A DNA stretch of 64,000 bases from Fistulifera solaris (lineage: Eukaryota): positions 248,001 through 312,000 of the forward strand of contig AP026142.1 of the NCBI GenBank assembly GCA_030295235.1. Reading direction: 5' to 3'. The translations under genes and the position numbers were made by a program. Below the pieces are notes generated by a model, which worked only from the letters and a program-made list of their open reading frames with translations, did not search any database and was not told the origin of the DNA. This document shows positions 1 through 13,047 of the stretch, piece after piece (within the stretch, counting starts at the first letter, position 1; each line of letters opens with the position of its first letter).

Positions 1-217
1 ATAAAACCCGAAGCCGACAGCTAGACTATGCAAGAGCTATGCATGAACAACCGTCCGATAAAGCTATGATTAATCGTTCGATTGCGGATTCACCCTCACT
101 TTACAAACACGTATTAATCAAGGAACTGATTGCTTTAACTATGTTCGCCTTATTGGAAGGATATTAGCTCAAAGAAAGAGCTACCGTATTTTTCCATGAA
201 AGCACCGGGTCTATTAT

Positions 218-960
218 TTAGTAGTCGTTATTGATCATCCATTCCACAAATTTATCGTCCTCCTCTTCCAACTGTTCTATTTGGAGGTAGTTCCGATTCG
301 GTCTGATGCGTGACCATGGTTTTCGATGCTTGTTTGCTAATCTGAACTTCTCGAATTGGGAGAAGAACTCTCGGTGCATCGCGGCGTCCATCAGAGAGAG
401 TTCTGCCATGTCATCAAAGTGACACATGCCACGAATTCGACGAAGCGATCCAAGAATAAGCAATCCAAGCACTATACCGGTCGGATCCATTTTTGCTGGT
501 CTCCACTGCGCAAACTCGGGAGAATTCAAGATCTCTTTCTTGAAACTGAGAAAGTCTTCGTACGGTCCAAATCGTCTTTTAAACTGAGCCAGCTGTCCCT
601 TACTCATATCGTGATCGACAAGGTGACAAATATACCAAGTGGACTTGAGAGCTTTTCAAAGAAGTGCTTGGACAGATTCTTTGTTTGCTGGATTGTCCTC
701 CGTCGGCTCCTCTTTGCTCGAATTTGGGGAGACGGTTTATGGATGAGATTACTGGGAGCAGACGATGGATTTGTGACGGTGCCCGTGTTATTGATTTCGC
801 AAAGGCGACGGTCTTCCATCCTTGCCTTTTTGCACGGTCGATTGAAGGCTGGCGCAAGCTCTTCCTCATCATGCTCTTCGGCATTTTCGTTAGAATCCTT
901 GCGGTTGTCGTCGTTACGTAGATCGTTCATTATGCTCTGTGTAGCTTCCGTATCATACAA
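218..960 (-). mobile_element. Degenerate PIF/Harbinger-like transposase remnant (N-terminal part)
   Basis: ORF 218..607 reads QFKRRF-PYEDF...W...DPTG...LLILGSLR...FDDMAE-S.....HREFF, which matches the N-terminal blocks of Harbinger/'plant transposon protein' transposases. No DDE core or TIRs seen. Upstream frames (604-960) are broken. Confidence 0.6.
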
Positions 961-1558
961 TGTGCTTCTAACAAGGTGGAAAGAATACTGCTTTCAAAGA
1001 AGAAGCTTTGACGAAAAGGCAACAATGCTGCTGCGTATGGCTGCTCGTGTGTTTTTTCAGGATGAAGTGTCGTGCCGTGTGGCCGCGCGCCATTAAAATT
1101 CAAACTTGTCCGTTGAGAACCGGAGAACCGCGCAAGCGCAAGGCTAGTTTTGACATCAACACGGCCAAAAGTTTGCTACTGGTACTACGTACAAGGGGAA
1201 AACGGGTGTGACTATGTAACGATTAATTTTACTTAAAGACTGGGTACCGATGCGCATGAGTGAGAGACGAGCTAGGATGGTCATGAGTCAATTTAAACTC
1301 CGTGTAGAAATTTCATGTTGTTGTGTCATCGGGAGCTTTTTTTTTCAGAACATATAATGAATGATGATGATAGTTGTTGAGTGAAAGTATTCTCCTTTGG
1401 AGTAGTTTGTCGACTTCCTATTGTTGGGTGAAAGTACTTATACTTGTACCCTTGTACCCGGTAATTGGCCTTTTGACCTGTACCGGTACCGGTACCGGTA
1501 CTTGACTGACCCGTTTCTCATTGAAGCGGAAAAGCACCATTGCCATTTAATTTAACTC

Positions 1559-2650
1559 ATGGACGAGATAAAGCTTCTGGAACAGGCACCACTCTTTTGT
1601 GCTGACAAGCATGTGAGCTACATTGTTCGCTTGACGCAACAATTGTCCTCACCCGATTCATTCGAAGGCGCTCTCACCGAGCACCTCAAAATGTCAGGGG
1701 TTTATTGGGCGCTCACTGCCTTGTCGCTGTTGACTGCGAAAAAAACGGTCGATGAACTGATGAATACCGCAGAAATAGTGGATTGGGTCATTACATGTTG
1801 GGATGAAACATCGGGAGGCTTTGCAGGCAACACGGGTCAGGATGGTCATATCCTGTATACGCTGTCAGCCCTACAAATACTGGCGTTAACAGATAATTTA
1901 AACGATCCACGCATTCAGTTTGACCGCGTTGTACGCTTTATCGCGTCTTTGCAGCAAACGGACGGATCGTTCGTTGGTGACGCCTTCGGCGAAATTGACA
2001 CTCGATTTACATACTGTGCCTTTCAGTCGCTCGCATTACTGCAGGCGCTACACGAAATTGATATCCATGCGGCAGTCAACTATCTGAAACGTACCTTAAA
2101 TTTCGACGGAGGATGTGGCGCCAACATTGGAGGCGAATCGCATGCCGGCCAAGTGTTCTGTGGGGTCGCGGCTTTGAGTATTGCGTGCCGACTCGATGTC
2201 ATTGACGGAGATCAATTAGGATGGTGGTTATCAGAGCGACAAGTAGATTCCGGAGGACTCAATGGCCGACCAGAAAAACAGGCTGACGTTTGCTACTCTT
2301 GGTGGATTCTCAGCGCTTTGAGTATAATCGGTCGTGTATCGTGGATCAGTGGAGATAGGTTGGCAGGCTACATTTTGAAATGCCAGGATGGAGACGATGG
2401 AGGCATTGCGGACCGTCCTGATGACATGCCGGATGTTTTTCATACTTTCTTTGGTGTTGCAGGACTGAGTTTGCTGGGAACTTTGCATCGAGGAGAGAAT
2501 ATAAATCGTTTCTCACGAACCATCGACCCCGTGTATGCCTTACCCAGTGACATCGTTCGAAACTTAAAGTTGCCCGGACAAGTGATGATACACGATGAGT
2601 TAGATTCGAGGCTAGCCATATATTGCACATTAGAAGAGAAAACGAGGTAG
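1559..2650 (+). CDS. RABGGTB: Rab geranylgeranyltransferase type II beta subunit
   Basis: Intact 363-aa ORF with TEHLKMSGVYW, GEIDTRF, ESHAGQVFC, GGLNGRPEK..DVCYSWW, DVFHTFFG prenyltransferase repeats. Confidence 0.96.
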   Translation: MDEIKLLEQAPLFCADKHVSYIVRLTQQLSSPDSFEGALTEHLKMSGVYWALTALSLLTAKKTVDELMNTAEIVDWVITCWDETSGGFAGNTGQDGHILYTLSALQILALTDNLNDPRIQFDRVVRFIASLQQTDGSFVGDAFGEIDTRFTYCAFQSLALLQALHEIDIHAAVNYLKRTLNFDGGCGANIGGESHAGQVFCGVAALSIACRLDVIDGDQLGWWLSERQVDSGGLNGRPEKQADVCYSWWILSALSIIGRVSWISGDRLAGYILKCQDGDDGGIADRPDDMPDVFHTFFGVAGLSLLGTLHRGENINRFSRTIDPVYALPSDIVRNLKLPGQVMIHDELDSRLAIYCTLEEKTR

Positions 2651-2715
2651 AGTAAAAGGATTAAATAAGAATGTGTTAGCTGTCTGGTGTAGTAATTATT
2701 GCCCAAATGCTGTGT

Positions 2716-4177
2716 TCAAGCTTCGTACTTCTTGAAGAGAATTGCGGCATTGTGTCCACCAAAACCAAGACTTGTGCTTAGCCCGGCCTGTACAGTCATT
2801 TCTCGTTTTGAATTTGGAACGTAATCAAGATCGCATTCGGGGTCGGGGGTCTCGTAGTTGATAGTCGGCGGTACCACGTCTCCGTGAATCGCCTTGGCCA
2901 AAACAACTGCTTCTAGACCACCAGCCGCTCCCAAAGTGTGCCCAGTAACGCATTTGGTGGAAGAAACAACCAGTTTCTTGCTGGTGGCATGCTCCCCAAA
3001 GACCGTCTTGATAGCCATGGTCTCAAATTTATCGTTGTATTGTGTCGAAGTACCATGTGCATTGATGTAATGAACCTGAGATTTGTCGAATGACTTGCAG
3101 GCCATTTCCATCGCGGCAGCAAGTCCACGACCTTCAGGTGCGGGTGTTGTGATATGATGGGCGTCACAAGTGGCACCGTATCCGACAGCTTCGCAGTAGA
3201 TCTTTGCACCGCGAGCCAATGCACTTTCTAAACTTTCCAAGACAACCACACCCGCTCCTTCGCCCATGACGAATCCACCTCGGCCAGCATCAAAGGGACG
3301 GGAGGCACCCGTAGGATTATCATTATAATCCGTATTCATGGCCTTCATGGCACAAAATCCGGCAAAAATAAGGGGTGTAATGGTCGCTTCTGTTCCGCCC
3401 GCAATCATAACGTCCGCGTGACCGTCGGCAATCATGCCCATAGCTTCGCCAATCGCATGCGTAGCACTCGCACAGGCACTTGTTACACCATAGTTGGGAC
3501 CCTTGCAACCACATTCAATGCCGATGACGCCGCTGGCTGTATTGCCCAAAAGAGCGGGGATTGTGAATGGGGAAACCTGAGTATGGGTGGTGAGAAACAG
3601 ATGTTGCCTACGTCGCTTGATTACCTAGAAAAGAATTCAAGTCGAATGTACTCACTTTCGGTCGTTCCGGTTTCTTCGCCAGCTTCAAGGTTTCTTGCTC
3701 AAAGGTTTCGGCGCCCCCAAAGGCCGTACCGACCATTACACCGACGCGATCCGCATTTTGCAATGTTTCCGGAGTATCCCCCAAGCCAGCATCTTTTAAA
3801 GCCATACGAGCACTGGCTACCGCAAAATGCGTGAAACGATCATTGGATTTGACATTTTTGGGATTTACAAAATAATCTTCAGGATTGAAATCATGAACTT
3901 CACTCGCAATTTGGCAAGGATACGCCGACGCGTCGAATCGCTGTACTTTGCCCAAACTGGACTTTCCCTCGAGACACGCTTGAAAGAAATCATCGGGATT
4001 GGTGCCACAGCCACTAATGACACCGAGACCTGTGACGACAACACGTCGCTTTTCATCAGCCATGTAAAGTTTTGTTGAGGAATGGAGTGATGTCGATGGC
4101 AAGTTTATCGGTGATGCGTGAAAACAGAATGCCGAAGAGGCCGAAAGCACCAATAGTGTTGCTGAAATGAATTTCAT
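2716..4177 (-). CDS. fabF: Plastid 3-oxoacyl-ACP synthase II (KASII), 2 exons (3656-4177, 2716-3576)
   Basis: [20 protein letters not shown] (catalytic Cys), [26 protein letters not shown] intron 3577-3655 joins ERPK|VSPFTIP. N-terminus [17 protein letters not shown] is a bipartite plastid signal. Confidence 0.95.
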
Positions 4178-4753
4178 TGTCAAGCAGAGGTTGTAGTGCG
4201 GATGAAACAAGTCTACTGAGAAGTTCTGGTTATGTTAAGGACGTTGTGACGATACGATAGGCAACGAGAAGCGAGCACCTCCGATCTCCGATCTGAGAAT
4301 GAGCACCGACTGAAAACTGAAACAATTTGGCTGTCGTCGTCACTTTTTCACATGAGACACACCGTCAAAAGAGGACGCACATTATTTTCGCAACGGTCTC
4401 ATTTGGCGGAAAACATGTGATGGGAGTACGTACGTGTTTCACGACCCGGATGTTACGTCCCAAAATAGACTATGGGAGTTTAAGTACAACCAGCGACGTA
4501 ACAAAGAAGACTCACAATAGTGAATCCCGAGTTCGTTGGTATTTACTTTGAAACCTAGAGTGAAATGTCTTCCAACGAAATGTGCCGTCCCCCGTCCCCG
4601 CGATCCAGACGTTCTCCATCACCATCACCGATGCCAATCATTGCAACAAATCATCGTATGTGCCGAAAGTCATTCTATACTACACAACACACGACCCAAA
4701 GAGGCTTAAGGGAGTCAAGTAAACGGAGAGTGAAAGAAAAAGACTTCTCAACG

Positions 4754-7012
4754 ATGTTACTGTATAAATTCATCGCCTCTTGGCTGCTTTCAGCGACAAC
4801 GACAAATGCGTTCGCACCTGTGCTCACTGCACATAGATTGGCTCATCGGCCGCTTTCCCCTTTGCTTCCACCGCTTCTCCTTTGATGGAAGAGAGCAGTA
4901 TGATCACTCCCGAAGGTTTTGGATTTTCCGCCCCGGTCCGTCGTATTCTGAAAGAATCGGGTCGAGGATACCACAAAGCGAAGGCGAGCGATACGGTCAT
5001 TGATGTCATGCAAGCTATTACGGTTGGAGCTTACGATGTAGCGTTGGTATACGATGAAAAAGAACTCGTGGGACTTTTCACAGAAACGGATTATATTCGA
5101 GTAAGTGACAGCATCTTTTCATCAAGACGGATGATCGGTGCAATCTCTCAACTCCCTCCTTCCAGTTTTCGACTCAACGATCGGATCAAGCCACGACAGA
5201 TAAAGAGTCGGCAGAATATTTGTTAACCGCCGTTCGAGAGTACGTCACTCCTGCTGCGGAACTTTTGACACTCAGCCCCGATCAGACGGCCAATGTAGCG
5301 ATTGCTACCATGAAACGTGATAACATTCGTCATTTACTCGTGGCCGATCCGGTTCAAAACCAAAAATTAACCAAAGATAGCTCCATATTGGGGATCATTT
5401 CCTTGCAAGATGTCATGGGGTGCATTCAGAAAGATGAAAGACTCAGTTTGCAGACTCTGGCGCAGAAATACCCCAACATGAGTGTCCTCGATCAGTATCG
5501 CGAGCAAATTAAAAGCGACGCCAACAAGGCGGCGGCGGATCCGGAAACGGTAAAACAGGATATTCTCAAATTTGGTGCCGCAGCATTGTTTGGAGCTATC
5601 TTGCTTTCGTTCTTGACACGTGTTCCGCTTTTGGAGGATTATGCCAGCTCGGTCATGATCGGTTTGTTTGTATTGGGCTACATCGGTATCATCTTCGAGG
5701 AAGTCCTGGAATTCAACAAGGCGGGTATTGCTTTATTGATGAGCACTGGCTTGTGGATCACGTACGCGGACTTTTATACCGGTGATCCGAATGGAATCGC
5801 TTCCGAGGCCGTCCTAGAACAATTGAAAGATCAGCTTGCCGAAGTCTCCGATGTTTGTTTCTTTTTGCTGGCTGCTTCTGCTATTGTAGAAGTTGTTGAC
5901 GCCCATCAGGGTTTCAAAGTTGTCACCAATCAGATTAAAACAACGTCCAAAAAGTCCCTCTTTTGGGTTATTGGTATCCTGACCTTCTTCCTATCTTCTA
6001 TTCTCAACAACCTGACCGTCACCATTGTCATGGTCTCGTTGTTGCGAAAATTAATTCCCAGTGAAAATGACCGCCGCTTGTTCGGTGCCATGGTGGTCGT
6101 CGCGGCCAATGCGGGTGGAGTGTGGACTCCCATTGGGGACGTTACGACGACGATGCTGTGGATCAATCATCAGTTATCCACGATTCCCACGGTCACCGAA
6201 CTCTTTCTCCCGTCCTTCGTTTGTTTGGTATCATCACTGGCGTTCTTAGTCGGTCAAGTGGAAGAAGATGGCAGTTTGGAGAATGCCATGACCGAAGCGA
6301 CGCCATTATCTCCTCGTGGTCAGTTGGTATTTGTAAGTGGCATTGTCAGCCTTTTAAGTGTCCCCGTCTTTGCAGAGTTGACAGGTCTCCCGCCTTACTT
6401 GGCCATGTTGACTGGTCTGGGAGCTATGTGGACTCTAACTGACATTATTCATATGGGGGAAGAGGATGAAGGGTCTGAGCAACTGAAACTCCCGGCGGCT
6501 TTGGAACGAACCGATGTTGCTGGCATTTTGTTCTTCTTGGGTATTCTTATGAGCATTGGAGTCCTCGATAAGAGCGGATTATTGAAAGATTTGGCAGTTT
6601 ATTTGAGTGATACGTTGCCTAGTCTGGATATCATTGCCACTGTCATCGGCTTGGCTTCTGCCTTGATTGATAATGTTCCATTGGTCGCTGCGACCATGGG
6701 CATGTATGAATTGGCTGATTACGGTACCGATGATCGTCTGTGGCAGTTGATCGCCCTTTGTGCCGGTACAGGCGGTTCCATCCTTGTCATTGGTTCGGCA
6801 AGTGGTGTTGCTTTGATGGGCTTGGAAAAAGTCGACTTTTTGTGGTATGCCAAAAGGTCAGCATTGGAGCTGCCGTTGGTTATTTTGCTGGCATTGCCAC
6901 CTATCTCCTTGAAGATGCTGTGTTACACGGATCCAATTTGTTTGCTGGAATGCTACCACAAGCAGCGGTAGCCGCCGATTTGATTCAGCAACAAATTGGT
7001 GCAGTAATGTAG
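4754..7012 (+). CDS. Plastid-targeted NhaD-type Na+/H+ antiporter with N-terminal CBS pair (intron 5101-5165; frameshifts near 4860 and 6855)
   Basis: Presequence MLLYKF...TNAFAP. CBS motifs LVGLFTETDY, IRHLLV, GIISLQDV. NhaD motifs AANAGGVWTPIGDVTTTMLW, IDNVPLVAA, GTGGSILVIGSASGV. Confidence 0.9.
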
Positions 7013-7043
7013 GTAGCTAATTTCGTAATCAAAGTCCATGATT

Positions 7044-10000
7044 TTATTTAAGCATGAAAAGGGGGTCGTTGTTGTCATTCGGACTGCGGTTAGGTGGTGG
7101 TGGCTGTTGTTGCTGTGGCTGCGTTGATTGCTGCATCATGTGCTGATGCCGGGCTTGCATCTGTTGCATCTGCTGAGGCGTCATTCCTGGCGGATAGAAG
7201 GGTTGCTGATAATTTTGATTGGGAGGTCCTCCTGCTTGTTGCGCTTGTTGTTGCTGCATCATTCTAAATTGAGCCATCTGTTGGGGGTGTATTGCTGTTG
7301 TTGCTGCTGCTGTTGCTGAGACCTTTGTGATGTCTGTTGCGGTTGTGCCATTTGCCGCTGGGTTTGACCGTATTGATAGGGCATCATAGGTATAGTACCT
7401 GCTTGCGATGGTCGACGATTTGCGCCTGTTTCGCCTTGAGATTTCTGCGTCCTCGGTGCAGGCGCTGGAGCTTTTACGCCAGAGGTGCTCCGCTTCTTGG
7501 GCTGTTGCTTTGCAGCAGCTTTGGCAGCTTTTGGTTTCGCATTCGATGGTACCGACATCGTGCTAGGCATGGGAGGCGCCGGCACAGGCGTAGAAGTTGT
7601 AGCCGGTTTTTTCTTTTTCTGGCTGGCAGTCGAAGTAGACTGACGTTCGGTTGCTGTAAGTGATTTTCGCTTAGTAGGCGTATTCGTTGATAGCGGTATT
7701 TGACGCACTGAGAACGTATATCCAAGCTTCATATCTACTTCGTTGAGATGAAGAGGATCCCCAATGGTGAATGGTTCTGAAAAACATTGTGAATGTGAGC
7801 GCAATCGTCAAATCTTTTGAAAATCTGTTCCGCTTCTAGTTCTACAGGTACTTACGACTGGTAACACTGACCAATGGTTCGGCGGGGCTTGATGCAGTAG
7901 AAAATAGTGTTTGTGGCAAAGCTAGACAGCGAAGATGTGAAGTTTCTAAGAGAGACGCTGCTTGTCGACCAGGCGCTGATGCAATTTCAGAGTACAAGTG
8001 CTCAAAAATTGGAAACGTTTGCGCGCGTGGAAGAATTGATTTAGCTTGATGCGTATCACGTTGAACTCCAAGATCAAGTTGCCATCCGGGTTCGCCCCAG
8101 GCCTCATTGGACTTAGCTGGCGGAATCACAGAGAGTTCCTCGGTTGCAGCTGGGTGCATGGCCAGTAAAAATAGCTGCTCTGCCTTGATGAGTTCCTTCT
8201 CCTCCGCTGCCAATTTTCTCATTTTTTCTATGACTTGATGCTGTTGTCTTTCGGAAGTAGAAAGGCCCTCCATAGTTTTTTCTCCTTTCTTAGAGGACAG
8301 TATGTCATGGGTCGTAGATCTCAGTTCATTGATTAGACTTTCCTCCGTTGGTCGAAGAATAATTTGTTGCTTTCTACGGTGCATTTTATGCCATATACTC
8401 TTTCGTAGAGGCATAGGTAATTCGGGAAATACTTGAGCACCGGAGTTTGTAAAGCTGTTCGTTTGCTTCTGGTGAGCTTGCTCTCGGCGCTTCTCCGCTG
8501 TTCGCCTTAAGATATCCACCGTCTCTTTTATCCGAACTGATGCTTTCTCCGCATTCAATGCCATATCTGTCTTAAGTGCTTGCGAAGTCGCTGATGCCTG
8601 AACATTCATTCTAGCTCCTTTTTTCTTTTGAAGCGCTGCAGCGGCAACTGTAGCATTTCTCAAGGCTGTTTTCGCGTTCGTTCTCAGTTTTTGCACCTTA
8701 GCCTTTATTTCGGTCATCTTCTGTGATACAGCTTGCTCTCGACGTATAGCCTTCTCGAGCATGGTCTTATATTGGACTGTTGCTTTCATCAGCTCTTGTC
8801 TATCTCTTGGATTAGTAGTCTGTAGTGGATTTCCGTCTGAATAATCATGTCAGTGAGCATTTCGCTTATTAGCGCAAAGAAACTTGTGCTGCTTACCGGG
8901 TCCCAAATAATTGCGAAATTTGGTACGAAATTCATCTTGGCATCTCCTTGCTTTTGCCACCTCTTTTGCAGTACTTTCAGCTACAGAACGACATTCCTTT
9001 TCTTCATTCTCAGCGAGGCTGGCCTGTCGCTCAACTTCGGAGGCCAATTCATTCAATTCGTTATACTTTTTTTCTAACTCTTCAATTCCCGATTCTTCAC
9101 GCTCTCGGGCTGCAACTGCGCGCTGAAAGGATGCTACCTCCTCACTGACGCGTAAATCAGAAAGAATACAGCGAACTTGTCCACCTTGTGCTGTCTCAGT
9201 GTCTCGAAAGCTCCTCGTGCGGTCAAATATTGTTGGTATTTCTCCACAAACGATTGACTCTAGAAAGTCGAATGCTTGCGTTCCCCAAGGGATGAATTCC
9301 TCACGAGCTGCCGAGCTGCCAGTTGCCATATGTTCTGAAGACGGCTGGGAAGACCCGGTGCGTTTGTCGTCTTCTTCCGTTTTCATCACTGACACCCAAA
9401 TCCCTTCATTGTGGATTTCCACGGACAGTTGTCGTTTTGTCTGACTCATAACGCCTTTGCGGTGCTTATGGCGCGACGCGGCGCCGGATGGTTCGTAAGG
9501 TGATGTTTCTAGCCATAGCTGTTGTGACTTTATTGGCATTGGTGGATTGAATTCTTCTCTTCCCTCCATACTATGTCTTCCCAATTTGCTTTCCTCCGAC
9601 TCGCCATTGTTCGTGGCCCCTTCACTCTCCTCGGCGCCCTTCGTCAGATCATTTCGTTCTTTGACAATCCGCTGTATGTGCCGTTTCAGATATCTCTGAC
9701 GAACTTGCTGAAAGTGACTCGAGAGCTTGGCAGCAAGCTTCTGGCGGCTCTTCTCTGCGTCTTTGATTTTCGTCTCGTGTTGGGTTCGTATTTTTTGTTC
9801 CTCGCGACTGTAATCTGCGTCTGTTTTCTGCTTCAATTCGTCTGCTTTCTTCTTGAACTCTTGCTGCTGCCTTTGGTGCTTCGCTTGTAGCTGGCGCAAT
9901 ACGTTCTGCCATTCGACGGAGGCAATATGCTCAGGAATCTGTTGTTGCTGAACTCTCTGCTGATGACTTTGTGCGGCTACTTGCATTTCTTTTGCTGCCT

Positions 10001-11029
10001 TCGCTGTAAAATTTTCATACTGTTTGTTACCTTCTGTTGATTGGCTTCCAGCCGCTGCTGATACATTCCCTGAAGCTTTTGGAGATCACGCTTTTCCTCT
10101 TGCTCGACGCGTTGAATGTATTTATTGATATTCCGATCTGCTTGCTGCTTTTTTTCCTCCATTTGCTCTGCCATTATACGTTCGATCGACGCACGGCCTT
10201 CTCGATCCTGTTGTTCGATTTTCCTCAGCTCGAGGCGAATTTCTTGTTCTTTCCTTTGTTGTAAGAACTTTTGGTACGCCTCCGACTGCTCTTCGTGCGT
10301 CTCGTCGTAAAACTCCATGAACGTTTCATTGTCGTGATAGTTGTAGTCGTCCTTTTGATCCCACCATATATCTTTGGTTTGATTTTTGCAAGACGTCTAG
10401 CTGGGTGGAAGGATCATTCTTGATCTCCTTGTCTTCGTCCTCAGTGGATACAGTGTGTAGCAGTTTTATCGATATTCTTGCTTCTGGCTTGGATGAAGCA
10501 ATTACTTTCATCTTCTTTTTCAGAGGTCTTCGAAGCACAAATTCATCAAAAGCATCGACCAGGTCTTCTTGACTTGCCGAAATACGACGAATCTTTTTCT
10601 TTTGAGGACCATTGTTTCCGAATTCGTTGTAGGTCTGTTTTCTGATAAAATTATTTCTTTTTCTTGTTCCGTTGTACAGTTACCGTCATGTTCTGTGGGA
10701 AGATTCTTTACTTGTTCTTTTTGATCCGTGATATTTTTAGTGCTGAACTGGTGTGCTGTCACTTCGCTTGGATTGTCGACGACAGAATTGGGAGTACTTT
10801 CGGCCTCCACTTTGGCGGTTTGGTTTTCCTCCGACATGTATATTTTCTCGTCGGGAGAGCTTTCTACTGGTTCCGAAGATTTCAAAGCTTCCGCTGCGGC
10901 CGCAAGTCCTCCCTCCAGTGACTTTTGTTGCAAGGAAGAAACGTCTGCATCGGTATGTTCCGATGAAATCGGTTGCGGGAGAGGCGATGGGTCCCCATGT
11001 TCCGCCGGTGCACTCGGTGTTTCTTCCAT
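7044..11029 (-). CDS. Large multi-exon Gln/Glu/Lys-rich coiled-coil protein of unknown function
   Basis: Six or more consecutive same-strand ORFs of similar composition, linked by GT-AG introns (about 7780-7853 and 8838-8896) and homopolymer shifts. Gln/Pro/Met-rich C-terminus. Confidence 0.7.
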
Positions 11030-11506
11030 TTTGCTTTCGAGCTTATTTTGATGATCTCGAATGTGTTGGAAAGAATGACTACAAAGTAGGTAGCTTTCAG
11101 AGGAAATGCGGTGTTTTATGATATCGACATACCGCAGAAACGGAAGGGTGCAAGGCGGTACGAGTTTTACAAGTGTGCTTACAAAGTCTGTTCCCGATCT
11201 GTACCGGTACGATAATTGTAACCCTTGGCTGTATAATTATTTCAACGTTCGATAATAACCAACAACGGAGTATAACAAAAGAGCTTAGAATTTAGAATAC
11301 CTGGTCTGATAATGACAAGTGCAAAGTTCTTTTGCTCCTTTCTGTCCTCTTCATCCGCCAGGTCGTGCTCTCTATCAGTTTGATGCTGATATGGCGGACG
11401 AATTTAGTTCAAAAGTTCATCTTGTCTAGATTTTGTTTCCGTCTATCCAACAAACGAACCATGTGGGAAGGTTGTTCGAAAATCGAAGATATGTGCCTCT
11501 TTTGGG

Positions 11507-12631
11507 ATGTACCTACCGCTGATTGCGATTCTATCGTCAATATTAGTTTACGTCCTGTGCACTCGTCCGGCGGAGAAAGCGTATCAGCTGCTTCCATGCC
11601 TTCTTCTTCGTCAAATGAAATCACGCCCGCAACAATCAACGACACACCAGAGTCTGTGCTCCAATTCGAACGAGCTCTTCGCAAAGCGGAACATGCAAAA
11701 AAAGGCAGGAAAAGATCTGAGTGCGAGTGATCTCAAAATCATTTACAAAGATGACCATATCATCGTGGTGGTAAGAAAAAATGGAGCAGCTTTGCTTGGC
11801 ACTAGGCTCGCCGCTTCTCATTATTTTCTCGGTCCTTCGTTGTATATTTCAAAGACCAAACCACCTGGTGTGCTCACTGTACCGGGATTACATTCACGGG
11901 CAAGTATACTAACGTTGATTCACGACTTGTTCGGAAACTCCAATACATCTATGGATCGGATGATCGTACACCGCTTAGACATGGATACCAGTGGACTGGT
12001 TCTGTTTGGATTGAACGCACAAATTACGAAAGCGCTGCATGCCCAATTCCGTGATCGCATCGTTCAGAAAGAATACGAGTGCTTGGTTGTGGGCCATTTC
12101 CCCGCCGGCGAGTATTTACTGGATATACCGTTGCAGCGGGATCATCAGCACCCTCCGTTCATGCGCGTTTCGACTCCCGCTTCGGAGCAAGAAGCCGGTG
12201 CTGTTCTTCGTGATTTACAGGCCCATTCGGAGAAGCGCAAAAACTGGAAACATCCGCAACCCAAACCCAGTCGAACCCGAATACGTGTCATCGAACACGG
12301 ATTGTTTCACGATAAATTGCCTTATACACGATTACGTTTGGAGCCTATCACAGGACGGACACATCAATTACGAGTTCATTGTGCCGCTTTGGGGTTTCCC
12401 ATCGTGGGCGATCCCACGTATGGATTGTACGGTGAAGCAGCATCCGGTGGGGGGATCGACGGGCTTCTTGTATGGAATGGTCCAGAACGACCTGATGTTG
12501 TTTTACAGCAGGAATTTCTGAAAGAGTACCGCCCGAATGACAATCCGATGTGTCTGCATGCAGCTTTCTTGCAAATCCAACACCCGATCACCGGTGAATC
12601 TATGTCCTGGAATGTGCCTCCTGATTTCTAA
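11507..12631 (+). CDS. RluA-family pseudouridine synthase (in-frame intron 11771-11854; start uncertain)
   Basis: IIYKDDHIIVV|TKPPG, VHRLDMDTSGL (catalytic Asp), TGRTHQLRVH, PIVGD..YG, LHA. Confidence 0.92.
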   Translation: MYLPLIAILSSILVYVLCTRPAEKAYQLLPCLLLRQMKSRPQQSTTHQSLCSNSNELFAKRNMQKKAGKDLSASDLKIIYKDDHIIVVVRKNGAALLGTRLAASHYFLGPSLYISKTKPPGVLTVPGLHSRASILTLIHDLFGNSNTSMDRMIVHRLDMDTSGLVLFGLNAQITKALHAQFRDRIVQKEYECLVVGHFPAGEYLLDIPLQRDHQHPPFMRVSTPASEQEAGAVLRDLQAHSEKRKNWKHPQPKPSRTRIRVIEHGLFHDKLPYTRLRLEPITGRTHQLRVHCAALGFPIVGDPTYGLYGEAASGGGIDGLLVWNGPERPDVVLQQEFLKEYRPNDNPMCLHAAFLQIQHPITGESMSWNVPPDF

Positions 12632-12881
12632 GATGAATGAATCGTGTCGCAACTCATCAGTTGGTAGCTCAATTAGGCTACCCCTGATACTTTGCTTCAA
12701 TTCCATTACAAGTTTTAACTTATCATAAGCTATTAGGAAACGCATACCGCTTCGAATAATAGTCAGCCTCCATGAAGGTAACATAATCCTTCGTCTACTA
12801 TGTACGCAAACATTCTAGTCGTGTTTAGTCGTCGTGATTCGTGATCAAGCAACTGTGGACCCAAGTCAGTCTTGGAGCTTG

Positions 12882-13047
12882 TGACGCGTCATTGTTGTTT
12901 CGATCGAAAACGAATGAATTTGCGCGTGTGCTGACGTCAATCTTCTCCTTCGCTTTTTTGGCTACTGTTGTGCAAATACAACCTTGGAGGACTGACGTCA
13001 TGCCTGAAAGTTCAATGTAGTGCTACATATTACGTGGACTGATGTCA
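12882..13047. promoter_or_regulatory. Cluster of CRE/bZIP-type TGACGTCA palindromes upstream of CPS
   Basis: TGACGCGTCA 12882, TGACGTCA 12932 and 12993, TGATGTCA 13040, all 350-520 bp upstream of the CPS ATG. Confidence 0.45.

Noticed and set aside
356..1096. 246-aa plus-strand ORF
   Set aside because: No recognisable motifs, and it lies antisense to the transposase remnant.
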